From positions 53,746 through 117,699 of the forward strand of contig PS015119.1 of the NCBI GenBank assembly GCA_048213135.1: DNA of 63,954 nucleotides, given 5' to 3'. This document shows, in pieces, positions 1-15,600 of the stretch (position 1 is its first letter; the number at the start of each line of letters is the position of its first letter). The translations under genes were made by a program, and so were the position numbers. This DNA is from Reclinomonas americana ATCC 50394. Lineage: Eukaryota. The notes beneath the pieces are model-generated. The model searched no databases, was not told the DNA's origin, and saw only the letters and a program-made list of their open reading frames with translations.

Positions 1-38
1 TACACGCTCTCTCTCACACAGTCTCCATCATCGTGCAG

Positions 39-2751
39 GAACTGATTTACTGGAGAAACAAGGTTGGCATCGCAGCGATTGAATGGGGTGTCGTGTCGCA
101 ATCGCCAGCAATGATTAACCACGCAGTCTGCAGGCCAGCACCGCAGAGGCAGACGAGGCCACACTGAAAGCACTGCGCGAGTACCTCGGTGCGCTGCGAA
201 GCAACTCGAACCGTGAGCCGACAGAGGCGGGTGGAGAGGCACCGCCACCACCTCCACCACAGACAGAGTTGTGTAGGTTGCGCGCTGCCGTTGCTTCTGC
301 CTCCCACGACTGATTCCTCCTTTCTCGCAATGACAGGAAACCACCTGAGCGACGACGATCGGAGATGCTACAGACGCACGCGACGCAGGCCATGTCGCTC
401 ATGGAGCAAGTGCGCTCCATTCTCGAGACCGAGTTGTCGGTTTGTGCACCCCACAGGCAGCAAAGTCACTCGCATTCTCCCGCTCTTATGTGAGTCCCTT
501 CTGCATTGCAGTCGGCAAATCCACGAGTAGACCTACTGGAGAGTGCGCTCAATGCGCTCGAGAATGCCATGACAGTGCATGCAGAGTCGCCGCGAGACGA
601 CATTCCTGGGCCCATTTTGAAAATGGAAATGGTACGTATATCGTCACAGCGATTCATCTTGCTTCTTCGGCGCTCACTGTCAGGCAACGTAGGCCACCTC
701 ACCAATGGCCATTCTGAATGCCGACGGGCTGCCAGTATTGGATCCCATTGGCGATCTGGAGGAAGCCACGCGCGAAGTGAAGCAGCTTCGCGAGCGTCTC
801 ACGTTGCGTCCAACCGCTCCACTGCGATCCTCTCTTTTTTTCTTCTTCCATGGCTCACTCACACGGTCGACAGTGAGCGCCACTTCGAGGTGGTGGCACT
901 GAAACGTGAGCTCCTCAATGCTCGCAAGGGTGATCCGGATGCACTGGCCAATGTTGAGCGTATGTACGGCGCCATGTCAACACCGATCTCACGGTCCGCT
1001 GCCCTGGCCAACACGTACGGCATCATCAGTGATGCAGCTCCGACTCCAACTGAGGGCAAGGTGCGTCAGTTACCCTGAAGGAGTGCTCGTACATCCCCTC
1101 TTATCACCTGTGCTGCAGGGCCGCTACATGTCGCCATCACAAGCCGACACCCCGGCTGGCGAAGCAGCGCTGCACTCTCTGCCTGGCGTATCGCGCGCGG
1201 GTCACGTAACGGTGGTCAACAAGCACAGCAAGGCCGTTCGTGTGTCATCACATGGCACACAGACACCACAAATCCGCCACGAGTGCAAACTGTGCAAACG
1301 CATTCTGGCCCTCAACTTGCTGCAAGAGGCTGGCTTTGGGATGCGCACACCCGGCTTCAACGACGCACAAATCAGCCTGGACGAGGAAGATGATGACGGT
1401 GAGGACGATGACGATGGCGCGGGATCGACAGTGAAGGCCGGTCAAAAAATTGTTGCCGACGCGGACTCTGTCTTGAGTTCGCCGCTGGCCACCAGCATGG
1501 TTTGTGCAACAACTGAAGAAAAGCGATTGTGCAATCGGTCTGACAGTGTGTTGACCGACAGCGACGAGGGTCGACGGCGCTGGGAACACCATTGGGCTCG
1601 CGGGCGCGTCGGCCGTCGCACGCAAACCCAGCCGGTGGCAACTTCTCGTCGATTCTCATGTCACCGTCGGGCGGCGGACGACGTCTGACCACCCGGCGAG
1701 CCACGCTCACGGCACATAGCCCCACTGCTGACGACTCGGATTCGCCGACCCGCGAGTCATTGTTGCGGAACGGCCGAACTGCCGGCGGCGGAGGTGGGCT
1801 GATTAATTGTTTTTCCTCGTGTGCGTCGTGCAATCTTCTGACGAAAAGTTGTCGATGTGCAGACTATCCAGCTGCAGAGCGTCTTGGACGCGATCGTTAT
1901 CGCGACTCGGATAACCCAATCGACGACTCATCCGATTCACCTAGGTACCTCGTCGCGCAGCAGCATCTCCTGACAGTATCACTCTCACTGACTTTACTCG
2001 TCACTCCTTTCCGGGACAAGACATCGATCGCGAGATGCCGATCTCGGCGATGGCGGTCGCGGTGGTGAGGACGAGGAGATTACGCCCTCGGGTAGACGTC
2101 GAGAGCGTCGATCGCGCACGGGAACGCCCAGCGGCGGTGTTCGCCTGCCAGACGGCAGCATCTCCGATTGGAATGAGTTTCGCCACCGCCATTGTCGTTT
2201 TTTGTCTTCGTTGTCACACTCACCACAACGTACTCGAACAGAGACGTTGTGCCAGGAGAGAACGGTCTACTGCTGGCGGGAATGCTGGCAGAGCAGTCGG
2301 CCGCCAGCCAGCGCGCACCGAGCAAGATCAAGAAGTTCCCACCGTTGGTTCTTGATCATGTCGCACCTACGCCACTCGAGAAACTGAGTGCCCCAGTTCG
2401 CGTGCGGGAGAAAGGTGCGCCACCTCCATCGACCTCCTCGCCAGTCACCATCTGCTGTCTGCCAAGACGTACGCTCACCCCAAACGCTGCAGCTGTGATC
2501 AACACCAAGCTGTCGCCGTTCTTTGCCGACATGAATGCATGGCGCATGGTCAAGGACAACCGCACCTCGTGGGAGGTCTTGGCGCGTCTGGGTGAGATCG
2601 ACCAGGAGCTGTCTGAGGAGAGCCTCCGAGCCCTACTGGCCGAAGTGGCGCCGCCGACGCACGGACGTCGTGCCTCACCACCACTGGTGGCTCCCACAAA
2701 ACTCACCCGTGGTCGCTCCGCGTCGCGCACTCGCGCCCACAAGTTGCGCAC
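39..2751 (+). CDS. Multi-exon hypothetical protein, partial (5' end outside window, 3' end runs into gap); helical N-terminal part, then low-complexity S/R/D-rich region
   Basis: GT-AG introns join a continuous frame (ASTAEADEATLKALREYL...MLQTHATQAMSLMEQVRSILE...DPIGDLEEATREVKQLRE...QIRHECKLCKRILAL...). No family recognised. Confidence 0.6.
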
Positions 2752-3728
2752 NNNNNNNNNNNNNNNNNNNNNNNNNNNNNNNNNNNNNNNNNNNNNNNNN
2801 NNNNNNNNNNNNNNNNNNNNNNNNNNNNNNNNNNNNNNNNNNNNNNNNNNNNNNNNNNNNNNNNNNNNNNNNNNNNNNNNNNNNNNNNNNNNNNNNNNNN
2901 NNNNNNNNNNNNNNNNNNNNNNNNNNNNNNNNNNNNNNNNNNNNNNNNNNNNNNNNNNNNNNNNNNNNNNNNNNNNNNNNNNNNNNNNNNNNNNNNNNNN
3001 NNNNNNNNNNNNNNNNNNNNNNNNNNNNNNNNNNNNNNNNNNNNNNNNNNNNNNNNNNNNNNNNNNNNNNNNNNNNNNNNNNNNNNNNNNNNNNNNNNNN
3101 NNNNNNNNNNNNNNNNNNNNNNNNNNNNNNNNNNNNNNNNNNNNNNNNNNNNNNNNNNNNNNNNNNNNNNNNNNNNNNNNNNNNNNNNNNNNNNNNNNNN
3201 NNNNNNNNNNNNNNNNNNNNNNNNNNNNNNNNNNNNNNNNNNNNNNNNNNNNNNNNNNNNNNNNNNNNNNNNNNNNNNNNNNNNNNNNNNNNNNNNNNNN
3301 NNNNNNNNNNNNNNNNNNNNNNNNNNNNNNNNNNNNNNNNNNNNNNNNNNNNNNNNNNNNNNNNNNNNNNNNNNNNNNNNNNNNNNNNNNNNNNNNNNNN
3401 NNNNNNNNNNNNNNNNNNNNNNNNNNNNNNNNNNNNNNNNNNNNNNNNNNNNNNNNNNNNNNNNNNNNNNNNNNNNNNNNNNNNNNNNNNNNNNNNNNNN
3501 NNNNNNNNNNNNNNNNNNNNNNNNNNNNNNNNNNNNNNNNNNNNNNNNNNNNNNNNNNNNNNNNNNNNNNNNNNNNNNNNNNNNNNNNNNNNNNNNNNNN
3601 NNNNNGATAACGAGTGTTCTTCTCTTTTAAACAGCAGCCTAATAATGATTGTGTACGCAAAACAAAACAATTGATCTTCCTCTCTCCCGCTCCCTCTTCC
3701 TCTCTCACTGTCTCTATTATTTACGGGT

Positions 3729-6700
3729 TCACGCTCGGGCACCGGTGCCCAAGCGACGAAGCCGATCCAGATACTCAGCCGTCAACTCCGGATACACCTC
3801 CTCCGCCTCCTCGTCGCCACCGTCTCCATCTTCGCCCTCTTCGTCATCATCGTCACTGTCACTGATCGCCCCAGACACTGTTTCAGACGCGCGTCAGTGC
3901 AACACAAAAACAATGACAGGGCACATTCTGTGCGGTCCAGTACCTCGCTGACCGGCAAGTCTGTGACGATTGAGCAGGCCCTGCACGCACACAAGTCACA
4001 CCAGCAAGATACGTACATGAGTGACCGAGAGCGACAAGGACATTGGAAGGGCAAAACGCACCGTGGCCGCCACCACCGACGAAGTGTCCTCCTCCAGTAC
4101 CGAAGCTGTGGCGTCGTCGGTGGTTTCGCTTAGGGCTCGCGAGGCGGCAGCCGACTCCACCAACGCGCCACTGCTGCTCCCCGAAACCGCGTGCCCCGCC
4201 CTCTCGGCAGACGCCACGCGACCTTCGCCAGTCAGGAATGCCATTTTCGCCGCCTCTTCGTCGGTGGTTGACACTTTGAAGTGGGCGAGTCTGTGCACCG
4301 CAAAGTGTTCGCTGAGTTTGCGCGGGGCGATTCAAGACAGAGTCGGTGGGCGTGCGCACACGAAACTTCATCTTCTCTGCAAATGTGCTCGGCGAGTCGA
4401 CCTCGGGATCCGACCGGCGACCAAACAACTTGCGCATGGTGAGCTTCTTGACCACCTGCGGCATAATGTCGGCCAGAATGTCTGCAAGCGCACGCAACAC
4501 AACTGAGAACGCGCGACGGGCCAGGTGAGCGCAAAACGATGAACACCACACACCCTTCTTCGCCTGCTCGCCAAACTCCTTCATCGTCCACGTGACGTCG
4601 TGATACACATGGGCGTGCAGGCGAAGTTTGAGCGAGTCAAAGTCTTTGAAGTCGCGTTCCTGTGTCGCATGGAACTCGATGAGTACACAGACACGAGCGC
4701 ACGCACAAATGCACGCTCAGTGAACGATGACCTTTGGGCCCTTGAAGGACAGCAACAGCGTGGTCTCCTGGATCTTGATGTAGTCAAAGGTCTTGTTGCG
4801 GCGAGCACGATCCTTCATCAGCTCCACAGACTGCTTGGTGTAGAGTCGGCGCTGTGGACTGAACAAGCTCTGTGGGCGCCGTCGCTCCACCGCCGTGGCG
4901 GGCGATGATGACAGCTGTGTGCGACTCGGCACATCGCGGAAACGCGAAACCGATCCACTCGGCTCCGACCCCGGCGACACGTGCGGTGAGTCGCTCGAGT
5001 GCAATGGCGGCAACAGCAGCGGTTGCTGCTGCAGATGCAAGTGCGGCGGTGGTTGATGGTGGTGGTGGTGGTGGTGTTGCGATGGTACTGGCGCTGGACC
5101 GACGTGCATCGCCGGCTCACTGGACACTGCGAGCGGAAATCCTTCCCTATCAGCACTGCGATCGACCACAACATGGAACGTGCGCCACGCCTTACCAGCA
5201 ATCACTTCCTCAAAGTCCGTCACGTACGACTCGGCCGTCTGCAACGACTGCGTGCGCTGTGGTGGAGTGCGACCAGTGCTTCGCGCAGTGGTACTCGGTG
5301 GCGTAATCGGTCCTGCGTTCACCACGACAGCCGCAGCCGTGGCCGCCGCCAGGGCCACCAGAGGGAGCGACGGCGATCCGCCATTCCACCCAACACGAGA
5401 GACGAGACTGGCTTTGGGACGCATCGCTTGCTGGGCCGCCAAGTGCGCCTCCAGCCACCCGGTGAAACTGCGGTGCGGCAGGTGAGACAGGTACATGGCG
5501 ACAAAGTGAAAAACAACATGTGTGCGACGCACCCAGGATGCCCAGTTGTAGGCCGAGAGGCGGAGACGGGGGTAGTCTGACTCGAACTCTGCGCACAACA
5601 CATTGTCTCCATTCAGTGACAAACTGGTGTCCACCCACCACAAGTACCGCCATGTGCGAGCTTCACCTTGCCGTCGGCCTCGGAGAAAAAGTACGACCAC
5701 AGTTCCAGGTACAAGTTGTACGTCAGTTGGATGCGCATGGGGAAGAGGATGACTTGGAACATCTCGAACACCTGGAGGGCATTGAGCACGGCGAGTCACA
5801 TCACGCTCATGGCCTTGCGGAAACGTACCGGAATCCGATTCTTTGGCGGCCGCTGGCGCACATTGAGTTGGAAAACGCCGTTCTTGGTCATGAGGCTCGA
5901 CTGCGCAGTCTCCAGCGACTGCAGCAGCTGCGGGTAGTACGCATTCGGTAGCCGATTCTGCGCCTCCATTCTCCGCACGCGCACCGAGAACTCTGCGTGC
6001 AGGCGTCAAGTCAGCCGTGACCTGCACGGGAATGCACATTCGCAAACATACGCAGCGATGACTTCCACCGGAAAGCAACTCGCCATCCACATTCACCACG
6101 TCCAACTTGGCACTGACAATGGGCTGATGACCTGAAGAATACGCGCACACACGCGCACGTGTCAGCACACACCCTCTGACAAGGAACGAAACAAACTGCA
6201 GCACAACTCTCGTCAATCAACGCCAGCTGCACCAGTGACACTTCGGCGGCAAACACCGTGTGAATGCCTTCGATCTGCGTGTGGTGCTTGTGCTCGGCCT
6301 CGAGACATGCACGCAAGTTCCGTTTCAGCACTTGCAGACGGTGCTGCTGGGCTGAGAGACGCGCCTGCAGCGTGTGCAAGTCGTCGATCTGCCAGAGGCG
6401 CACACTGTGAATATCGCCTTTCCCTCAGCAACCAAACGAGCACCGAGAAACGCAACCGTGTCCAGGTCCACATCCACATCCAGTTCAAACTGAATCGCCT
6501 CCTTCAGGCGATCTACGTTGCGCTCCAACGAGCGCACCATCTTGCTGAGTCGAAGCATTTGATCGTTGCGCCCTTGTCCCAGAATGCGGCTGAACACCAG
6601 CGTGTCCACCTGGTCACGGAAGGAGGAGGACGGTTGAGAACGACAGAGAGAAACGAAACACAGGCTGCACACCATGTCGCCGCACCTTGTCGTCCAGCAG

Positions 6701-7102
6701 CACACGTCGCTCAATCTCTCCAAACAGCACGTCGGCCATGACACTGATGGTGGTGTTGAGCTCGTTGGATGGTACCTGCACGTCCAGATCACCGACGTGG
6801 ATCTGTACCAGGCGCTGCCATGAATCACCACCGCGCCACGTGCGCACACGGACCTGTGGCAATGGAATGGACGTGAGATTTTTTGGACTCTCCGACCGCG
6901 AGTGTGGCATGCAAAAAGTGTTTTCGCACCGACGCCATATAAGGGCATGCCAAGTGCACGAATGGAAATGGTGAATCCTGGAAGGGCGACACTGGACGTC
7001 GTGGCGACAGCGGTTCGCTGTCGTCCGATTGCCTCACGAAGACCTCGGCACATCGTTCCCACACCTCGGCTGCAGCATGAACTAGTTAGTCGCCTTGCAA
7101 CA

Positions 7103-7183
<81 letters not shown>

Positions 7184-10100
7184 TACATACACACACACAT
7201 ACACACACACACAGTGACGAGACGGTGGTGGCCACGCTCACCTACGTGTACCACGCTGCACGACACTGCAGTGGTGGTGCCTTGCAGCTCCACATCGAGG
7301 TCCCAGTCGTCCGGTTCCTCGGGATTGCGGAAGGAGCTGCAGCGCGCAAACTCAGTGGCCAGCAACACGCATCCAGGTCGCCCGTCTTCGCACTGCAGAA
7401 ACATGACTGGGCGCGACAGCCGGATGGAGGTGGCGTACTCACGTATCACCGTCTCTGCCGTACTAGAGCGTGAGCCAGTGCGACCGAATTCTTGCTGCAG
7501 CGCTCTCACCTCGACCTCCCTCAGAAGTGCCGCGACGGTGAGTAAAGGGCGACGAGCCAGCGGCAGCAGCAGATGCTCGTGCATTTGGCATGGAAGCCCG
7601 CGCATTCACCGGCTGTTGCAGTCAAATGTGAGCACGGAATAGAAAGTGTGGGAAGGGAGGGAAAGGGAGAGAGAGAGACCCTATATCGCACCTGTGGTGG
7701 TGACGGGGCAGCGGCTGGACTCGGTAGCGGAGTGAGTTCGTCGTCGAGACCGTCTGGTGAAATGGCGCGATACGAAACGCCGTCAAAGACCCGGTCCAAG
7801 CGGAAATGTCTCTGCAGTACGCAGTACTGGTCGTACATGTCGAGCAGATTGAAGACGACATCACGAGCGCGCTTGTCCCACAAGAAACGAGAGCCGTCGA
7901 CGAAAATGTCCACCTCCGGCACCGACTGCAGTCGGGTCAACGACACAGTGCACGGCATTGTGCCGCGTTCGACCGCCGTCACCGTGGCCTGCCTCGTGTA
8001 CGTCACCAACAGTCGATCGAGTGCCAACATGTGCTGACCAGTGGAACTGAGCGCCTCGTCCATCTCTCCGGCCGGCACACTTGGCCCCGATTCAGACAGA
8101 TCGCCAGCATCGTCAACGACAACGTGCAGCTCGGCCGAGGCACTGCCAGTATCCACACTGAAGCGAGTGACCACCATTGACTCCTCCGGCGGCTCACCTC
8201 CGGAAGCGCCAGCAGCGGCGGCAATCGTCACCGGTGGCTACGACAGAATGAGGGAGTGTTGTGAGGACACGGCGACGCTGGCGACGGATTGCAACCATCG
8301 AGGAGGACAGACCGACGAGGACTCGAGAAGTGACAGCTTTTGCAGCTGCAGCTGGATGTCGGCCTCGTGAGCGCTGACGTGAAACGCGGTCGGTGTATCA
8401 ATGCGCACTGCCAGAACGGCCTCCAGATCGTGAACCCTGGACAGAGATTGTGTCAGGAGTCTGCATGCGCGCGAGAGGGGAACGCGAACACGATTTTCTG
8501 TCGCACTTGGCGTGCAAGGAGAAGCCGTCCACCAGATCGCCCAGAGTGGTCCGTGAAGGCACGATGATGCCGTACTCGCGCACAGGAGGCCGCACTCGAG
8601 GTGGTGGCTTGTCGAAATAGTCGGCCAGCTGGTGATTGTGTGAGCGAGAGAAGCAAAAAGAAGGTGCAGAGTGACGTACGACTACTACACCTTGCCAAAC
8701 CACGAGATGGCGTGTGTGTCCATCTTGACGGTGGGGTGGGCCGGGCGGCAACAGTGGTCCTCGGCCGACTTGATTGAGATCTTGGCAACAAGCGAGCAGC
8801 GCGTCGCCCGCATGCTGCGGTACGTGTCGAGATCGTAGTGTGGCAGGCCGACTGACACCAGTGGGCCCCGCGACTCGACTCGCAGTGTCTCGCGCTCCTC
8901 CACCGTCTTGAGTAGAATTGCCTGGACACGCAAAGAAAATGAGTGTGTATGCTCATGGATGCATTCTGGAGGCTCGCTGAGTGAGCGTCGCGCAACTCTG
9001 AATTGCTTCACGAGCGCATTCTCGTTCTCGCGCAGCTCAACAGGCAACCACTGTAGGGGCACGTAGTGGTGGCCGAGCAGGCACTGAAAGCGCATATAGA
9101 ACCACACTGAGCATCGCGGCAAGTCCACCACCACAGCCGGAGCCAGCGTACGGCTGGTCACTCGAGCTAATGACATGCGAACGAAATGCAGACGCATGCG
9201 CCAGTCACCGGGATCCATGTCCGATGGCGGCTTGCACTCTGCGCGCACGACCACTTAGTGTGTCGAGAAAGACAATGGCGTTGTTCCCCGAAAGTCAACG
9301 TACCGGGTGGCGACGGTGGTGACACAGGAGGCGCAATAACAGAGGGCTCCTGCGGCCACGTGTGCGACTCAAAGTGCAGTAATGGCGGCATGATGGCGGC
9401 ATTGGTGAACTCCAGAGCAATAAAGGGCGCCGACAGCAACGCATGCGATCGCATATCGTCGGGACACTTGCCGAGAAGCACGCGAATCTCCACATCGTGC
9501 AACCGCGCTTGGTATGTGCCGTGCATGCGCAAACGCGCCGCATCCCACCTGAGTGAGGAGCACAAGCATGTCAGCGCCACTCGTTCGCATTGCACATGCG
9601 CAAAGAACCAAGCACTCACCCCGCCAGTGGTGGTGACGGATCGCGTGTGTCGGGAGCCATGGCGGCAATCATCTCACCGGCACTCGAGAACACGGCCGAA
9701 TGCAGTGGACACACGACCAGCGAGGGACGGTGCAGATCCACCGACAGCTCCAGGAAGGTGCGGAATGGTGCAATGCCGACTCGCGACACAAAGATTGATG
9801 ATTGCAGTGCATTCTCGTCGTGAATGCGCACCGCTCGTTTTCGCAGGAAACTGCGTGACGGGCTGGTCCCCTCGTCGAGCAACGCTCGACCCCAGCCAAC
9901 CGGACCACCGGGTCCCGGTAACATGACCACGCGATCCACTTTGCCGTTCGCCGGCGACTGACTCTTGAAGCCCACCATCCGCCCAGTGACGATCAACATC
10001 TGCGGTCGATTGTCAGGGTCGACGAGTGGGAAAAGCTGAGTTACGTGTGACACGCAACCTCGGCGGTGACCATGGGAATCTCCAAAGCACTGGTCGACAG

Positions 10101-12607
10101 GCACAGCTGTGAGAATCGCACCATCATGTCGCAGCCCTTGAGCGAGTATATGGGCGCCAGGTCGAGAGTATAACACCCTGCAGCGCGTGCTTGAGAACAC
10201 ATGCGAGCACTCGCGCCACGCTCGTTTGCAGACTCACCGTCTGGCGACTTGAAGCGGCGCTTGTCGTCCACTGGCACATGCGGCTCCTGACAGTACGGTC
10301 GTTCCGTGGTGAGCGGCGCCGAATCCAGGCGATAGACGGTGCGGAGTTTCTCGCCGTACCGGCGACCGAGAGGAATGATTTCACCATTGGACTCGCCGAT
10401 TTCCAATCGCAGATGCGACCTTGTTTCCGATGCTCGTCTGTCGCGGCATGCACACTAGAATTCAGCCAGTCGTGTCGCATGTGCAGGCAAGGCCACAAGA
10501 AATGCACAAACCGTTTCAACTCTGCAAGGTAGCCATGCTGGTTGGCAAGCTCCAGTCGGTCCAGTGCAGCCTGCACGTGCTCGCTCGGCAGGCCAAGCGG
10601 AGCCAGCTCCTCGCGGAGCATGCGCCGTCGTGCTACCCAGTGCGGCTGCAGATGCAGCAGCAAGACAGAAATGTCAACGGGAGGAGGAAGCTGCCACAAC
10701 AGCAGTGGCATTTTTAAAGCGCAACGTAAAGACTGTTGTGCACGGCAAGGTTGAGCGAGACGGCGCGCTCCACAGACGACTGCAGCAGGTCCACGGTGAC
10801 ATCGGTGCATGTGAATCGGATGGAGACTCGCGTGTCGGTTGCATCGTCCACCAGGTCGCGCATGGCCTCGATGAACCACGTCGCGCTGGCCCAGTCTGTC
10901 GCCGGCACCATCGGTGAGGACAAGTCAGCGTGTGTCTCGCGCGACACAATGTGCGCTCTCACCATCACTGCTATGCGCATGCGTGAGCACGTCATCGCAG
11001 AGATCGATGCCATCCAGAACGTCGCCGAGACGCGTATCGTGCGGTGCGCTGACGTACAGGCCTCGTGCAAACAAATGCACGCACGTCGATACATCCTTGA
11101 GCACCGGCGTTCGCTGCCACGCAATATATGTCGGCAACCCCATCGCGAGGGAGGGAAGAAGCGACACACATGTACACACGCACCGCAAAGTCGGCAGGGA
11201 AGGGATGCTCGCTGGCATGGAACGGGCCGGCGGCAGTGTGCATGAAGGCGAAACCAAGATCCTCCACCCACCCCGCTGGCTTGCCATAGACCACGGCACA
11301 CACATCAGCAGAGGCGGTGGCTTGCGCTACACGTGCGAGCACGCGGGTGAGATGAACAGCAACGTGACAGTCGTACACAGCGACAGATCCAACACGTACC
11401 AGTGGCGTCCACGGTCACAACACGCAGAGTGACGCCATTGCGCAAGTCAGACCCATCCACCACGTCTGCGTGCAGCGACAGAACCGAGTCTTCGGTAAAC
11501 TCGGCGCGCACATCGACATCTCTGCCGTGCACAATCCAAATGTGCTTTCGCTCCACCGCCTCCTCCTCGACTGCGGCGGGCGGCGACAGAGACGAAGGGC
11601 CAGCGGCGGAGCCAGCTGGCTGTGATGATGATGGTACAGGCGACGAGGAAAAGCTGTCTGCACCGACGACCGGAGATGGCGAAGGTGACGACTGCTCGCT
11701 GGAGCGACGTGTGCCACGTCGCTGCGTGGAGCACTCACCCGGTGAGCATTCGTCACCGATGGAAGACACACAAGCGAGCAAGGGCGAACAGCATACGCCG
11801 TACCAGTGGTGACGAACGACTCGTGGATTGCGGTGTGATGTTCTCCACTGTGTCCTCGTGCCGCTTGGTGCTCGTTTTCAGCATTGCAATCAACGAGCGG
11901 ACGCACTGCACAGCACAATGGTAACGTGAGTGCACCCGCAGGTAGACTCTGCGCCACCGCATTCCACACACACACACACACCTCCGTAGCAGCTCCCTGC
12001 TTCCATGCCGTCCACGGCACAAACAGACTCTGCACCTCGAACTCGTGACGCACCACCGGGCTGCGAAGGAGTCAGGCAGTGAGAGAATGGCAGAGTGCAG
12101 CTGATGGAAGCGGAGACACACATTGTCACGGGCTTGATTTGTGCATACAACAACTCGTAACACCGCAGCACGTCGACGAGAACGCTCACTGAGACGCGGA
12201 GGGGTGAGGAACAGCGGAATTAATCGACGTGGAAGTCGGGGACATTTTTCACGCACCACGGGGAAGCATCAATGCAACCCTGATGTCCGCCATGGTGACG
12301 CGCACAGGCGTCTCGCCACCGACAACAGCAGTGGCAGTCTCAAACTGTGCACAGCAGCGTCAAGAATCATGCGGGCATGCAAAAAAGGGGGACAAAACAC
12401 ACGCACCAGCAGGCAGGCACCCGTCGATGACCGCTCCCGTCCAGGTGGCACCATGCTCAAGTCCGGCTGCGCCTCAAACATGATCAACGACGAGCCGACG
12501 CGCACTTGCACTGCGGCCGCTGCAGCAGCCGCAGGATCGCCGAGACTGGAGAGTGACGACGCCGACGACGAAGCGGACGACGACAGTGACGAGAGACGGC
12601 GAAGTCT

Positions 12608-12638
<31 letters not shown>

Positions 12639-15600
12639 CGCTGGTGTACAGCTGGTCTGAGTTCCGGTTCCGCTGTCGCCATGCTCCGCATTTCAGAACG
12701 CGACATAGAGCGGGAGAGGTGCGCACGAAACATACACACACACCGTCGTGAATAAGAAACATGTGATCTTCGATCTGAATCTGGAATGTGCGCACAAGAG
12801 CGGCTGCCACACTACACAGATACGCACAGTCTGTAAGCAGCACGCGTGCGCACGATTCGCCACACAAGAATTGTTGAACCTGATGAGGAGGCACACTTGC
12901 GGATTCACAGCCACGTAAAAATCGACAATGTCCACCGAGGTCGACACATCGTGAATGCCACTGGCCACCGGCAACTGTGTGGCATGCAGCCCCCAGAGTG
13001 CCATGGTGCACGATGCTGGCTGCGCTCCTCGTCGTGGATGTGCAAGCCTGTGCACATGCAAGCGTGAGCAGGGTGCGGAAGGGAATTGCGATGCCAGCTG
13101 CTCATCAACTCACCGATGACGGTCAGCCAACAGGCTGCCCGACGGGACGGCGGCGACGTGCATGGCAAGCAGATCCACAGAGGCAGAGACTAGAAAAGAA
13201 CAATAATGTGAGTAGAGATTCAAACCAAGTGCGGCAGTAGCGGTGACGCACTCTCGGTCGGATGTGCAATATTCGCACTGATACCGTGGACGGTGATCTG
13301 TCGCGCAAGTCGCCAGCAAAACAATCAGAAGCCACCGAAACCCCTTGTGAACGTATGAAGAGAAAAGACGCACCCGGCATCCGTCAGGTAACCTGTGATC
13401 GTGGAAACCGAATTCTACGTGACCGACGCTGACCAGCACCTTGGTGACTCCACTCATGTGGGCCTGCATCGCGCATCAGCAAAATTCTTCCAGCGCGAAA
13501 CGCAGTGACGTCCACGCAACCATATCATTCAGCGAGTGAGAGCGTGCCATCATGCCATGAAGACCAAGCGGTACGGGTGCTCGTGACGCTGCCAGCGTGG
13601 CCGAGGCCGCTGCGTGCCGCTGCACGATGCGCAGACACGACACCGCCTCCAGTCCGTGCATGAGGAGCACAGAGACTTGCTCACCCGTCACATGAAGTGC
13701 CACGTCGCCAACAGAGAGTGTGTGTTGTGAATCGAATGTCTATGTGGAACAAGAAAGTAAAACAGCAGGATACAGCGCACGAATAACAAGAAACAGGCAC
13801 GTTACCTTGGTCGGTCGAACGAGGGACACCAGTCGCACGCTGGAGCCGCAGGCCACTTGCGAACCACCACCCTCACCGTACACGTCAACCTCCCACCACT
13901 CGACATCGGCGCGCACATCCACTCTGCACGCAGTCGGGTGAACAAGAGCACGAGTGCGTGTGTGGTGATGTGCAGCGGGCACACGCAACCCCTGCTCGGC
14001 AATCTCATCCAACTCGAGTTCTGGACCATCGTCCAGCAACTGCCCGATGCCAACCACCGTCGACACGGCCCGGATGCGCACGTACACCGATCGAGGTGGC
14101 AAGTACTCCCAGCCAACACCGTAACCCGTGTATTGCGACTGTGCAAACGAAGCGCCGCGTGCGGTCTCCGTCAAACACGCCTCCACACTATCCATCGACA
14201 CGGTCACGGTGGTCAGTGCAATGGACTTGTCCTTGTCGGGTGGCATCACTGCCGATGCTGGCTCCATGGTCGACAGCGCATCGAATGCATCGGGCAAGTC
14301 GTGCGCTCCCTCCAGGCTCCCATTCATCGACATACCGCCCGACTGAGCACTGAGTGAGCAACAGCAGGCCACCTGCACTGCCACCGGTGCACGTACCAGT
14401 GTGGCCAGACGCGACGCCAAGACATCCACGTGGCGAAGCAGGCCCGGAACGACATCCAACGGCACCACGGCGCTGATACCCTGGCATTTGCAGTCCAGCT
14501 GCGAGAACCCGTACGGCCTGGAAACAGCAAAGCGAGTGAGTGCGTGCGTGCGTGCGTCTCGTGACGACCAAGACAGTCGACGACATGCAATCATTCACCT
14601 CGTACTCGTGCGCAGCGAACTGTGCAACAGCACCGGGTACACGTGCAGCGGACCCACGTACAGCAGGCGCCACCAGCTCGTCGATGCTGCGCAGCAAACG
14701 AAAGATAGATGAGCGATCGTGCGTGCCCATTCGTCTCTTCCCCCCTCCCGTGTGCGCGACGTACCAGACACGCCATCGGCAACCGCTGGAGCACCGTGCG
14801 CATTCCATCGGTACGAGTCGGCGGCCTGCACCGCAAGTGCCGCCGCCTCGGTGGCGTCGACCGCCGGCCCCGCCCCACCCACAATCGACAACGAACTCAA
14901 CGAGGCGGTGACACCAAGGCTGCGCACACCACGCGTGACCAGCTTCCATGCGCCTTGCGGGCGCACCGTCACCGATGGCACGCACAAGCCGAGCACCTGT
15001 CGCCGACGAGAGAAATCGACTTTGGCGACACGCGCGCGCTCACAGACACACACACACACAACGAGACGCGCTCACCAGCGTGTTGCCCGGGCACTGCAGT
15101 GTGATGGTCGAGTCGCGTACGCACACCGAGGTCACCGACAAGAGGAACGCCAGCACCGCATCGGCCACCATGCGCACGAGATCGCGACGCAGCACTTGCC
15201 ACTGCGTCAGCGGCGCTCCCGTGGAGTCGGCCGACGCCGGGTTGGTGGACTCGGACGGTTCCTCATCGTGCTCTGCGCGTGCGTGTTGTTCGTTGTGCTG
15301 AAACGTCAACGCCAAGTGCACATGCAAACGACACGTGCGACGGGCGACGACGACGACCACACTGACCAGGAATCTCTGTTGCGTCCCACGAGATGGTGGC
15401 CTCCAGGCCAGTCACGTTGAGGTCGAGCAGTGTGCTGGCGCGAACGCCCTCGCGATCAGGCTGACGCGTTTGCCGGAACCAGCTCAGTGGCGCGATGCTC
15501 AGCCACACTCGCGCAATGCGCACGTGCAACACCGCAATCACTCCATTTCGTCTCTGTGTGTGTGNNNNNNNNNNNNNNNNNNNNNNNNNNNNNNNNNNNN

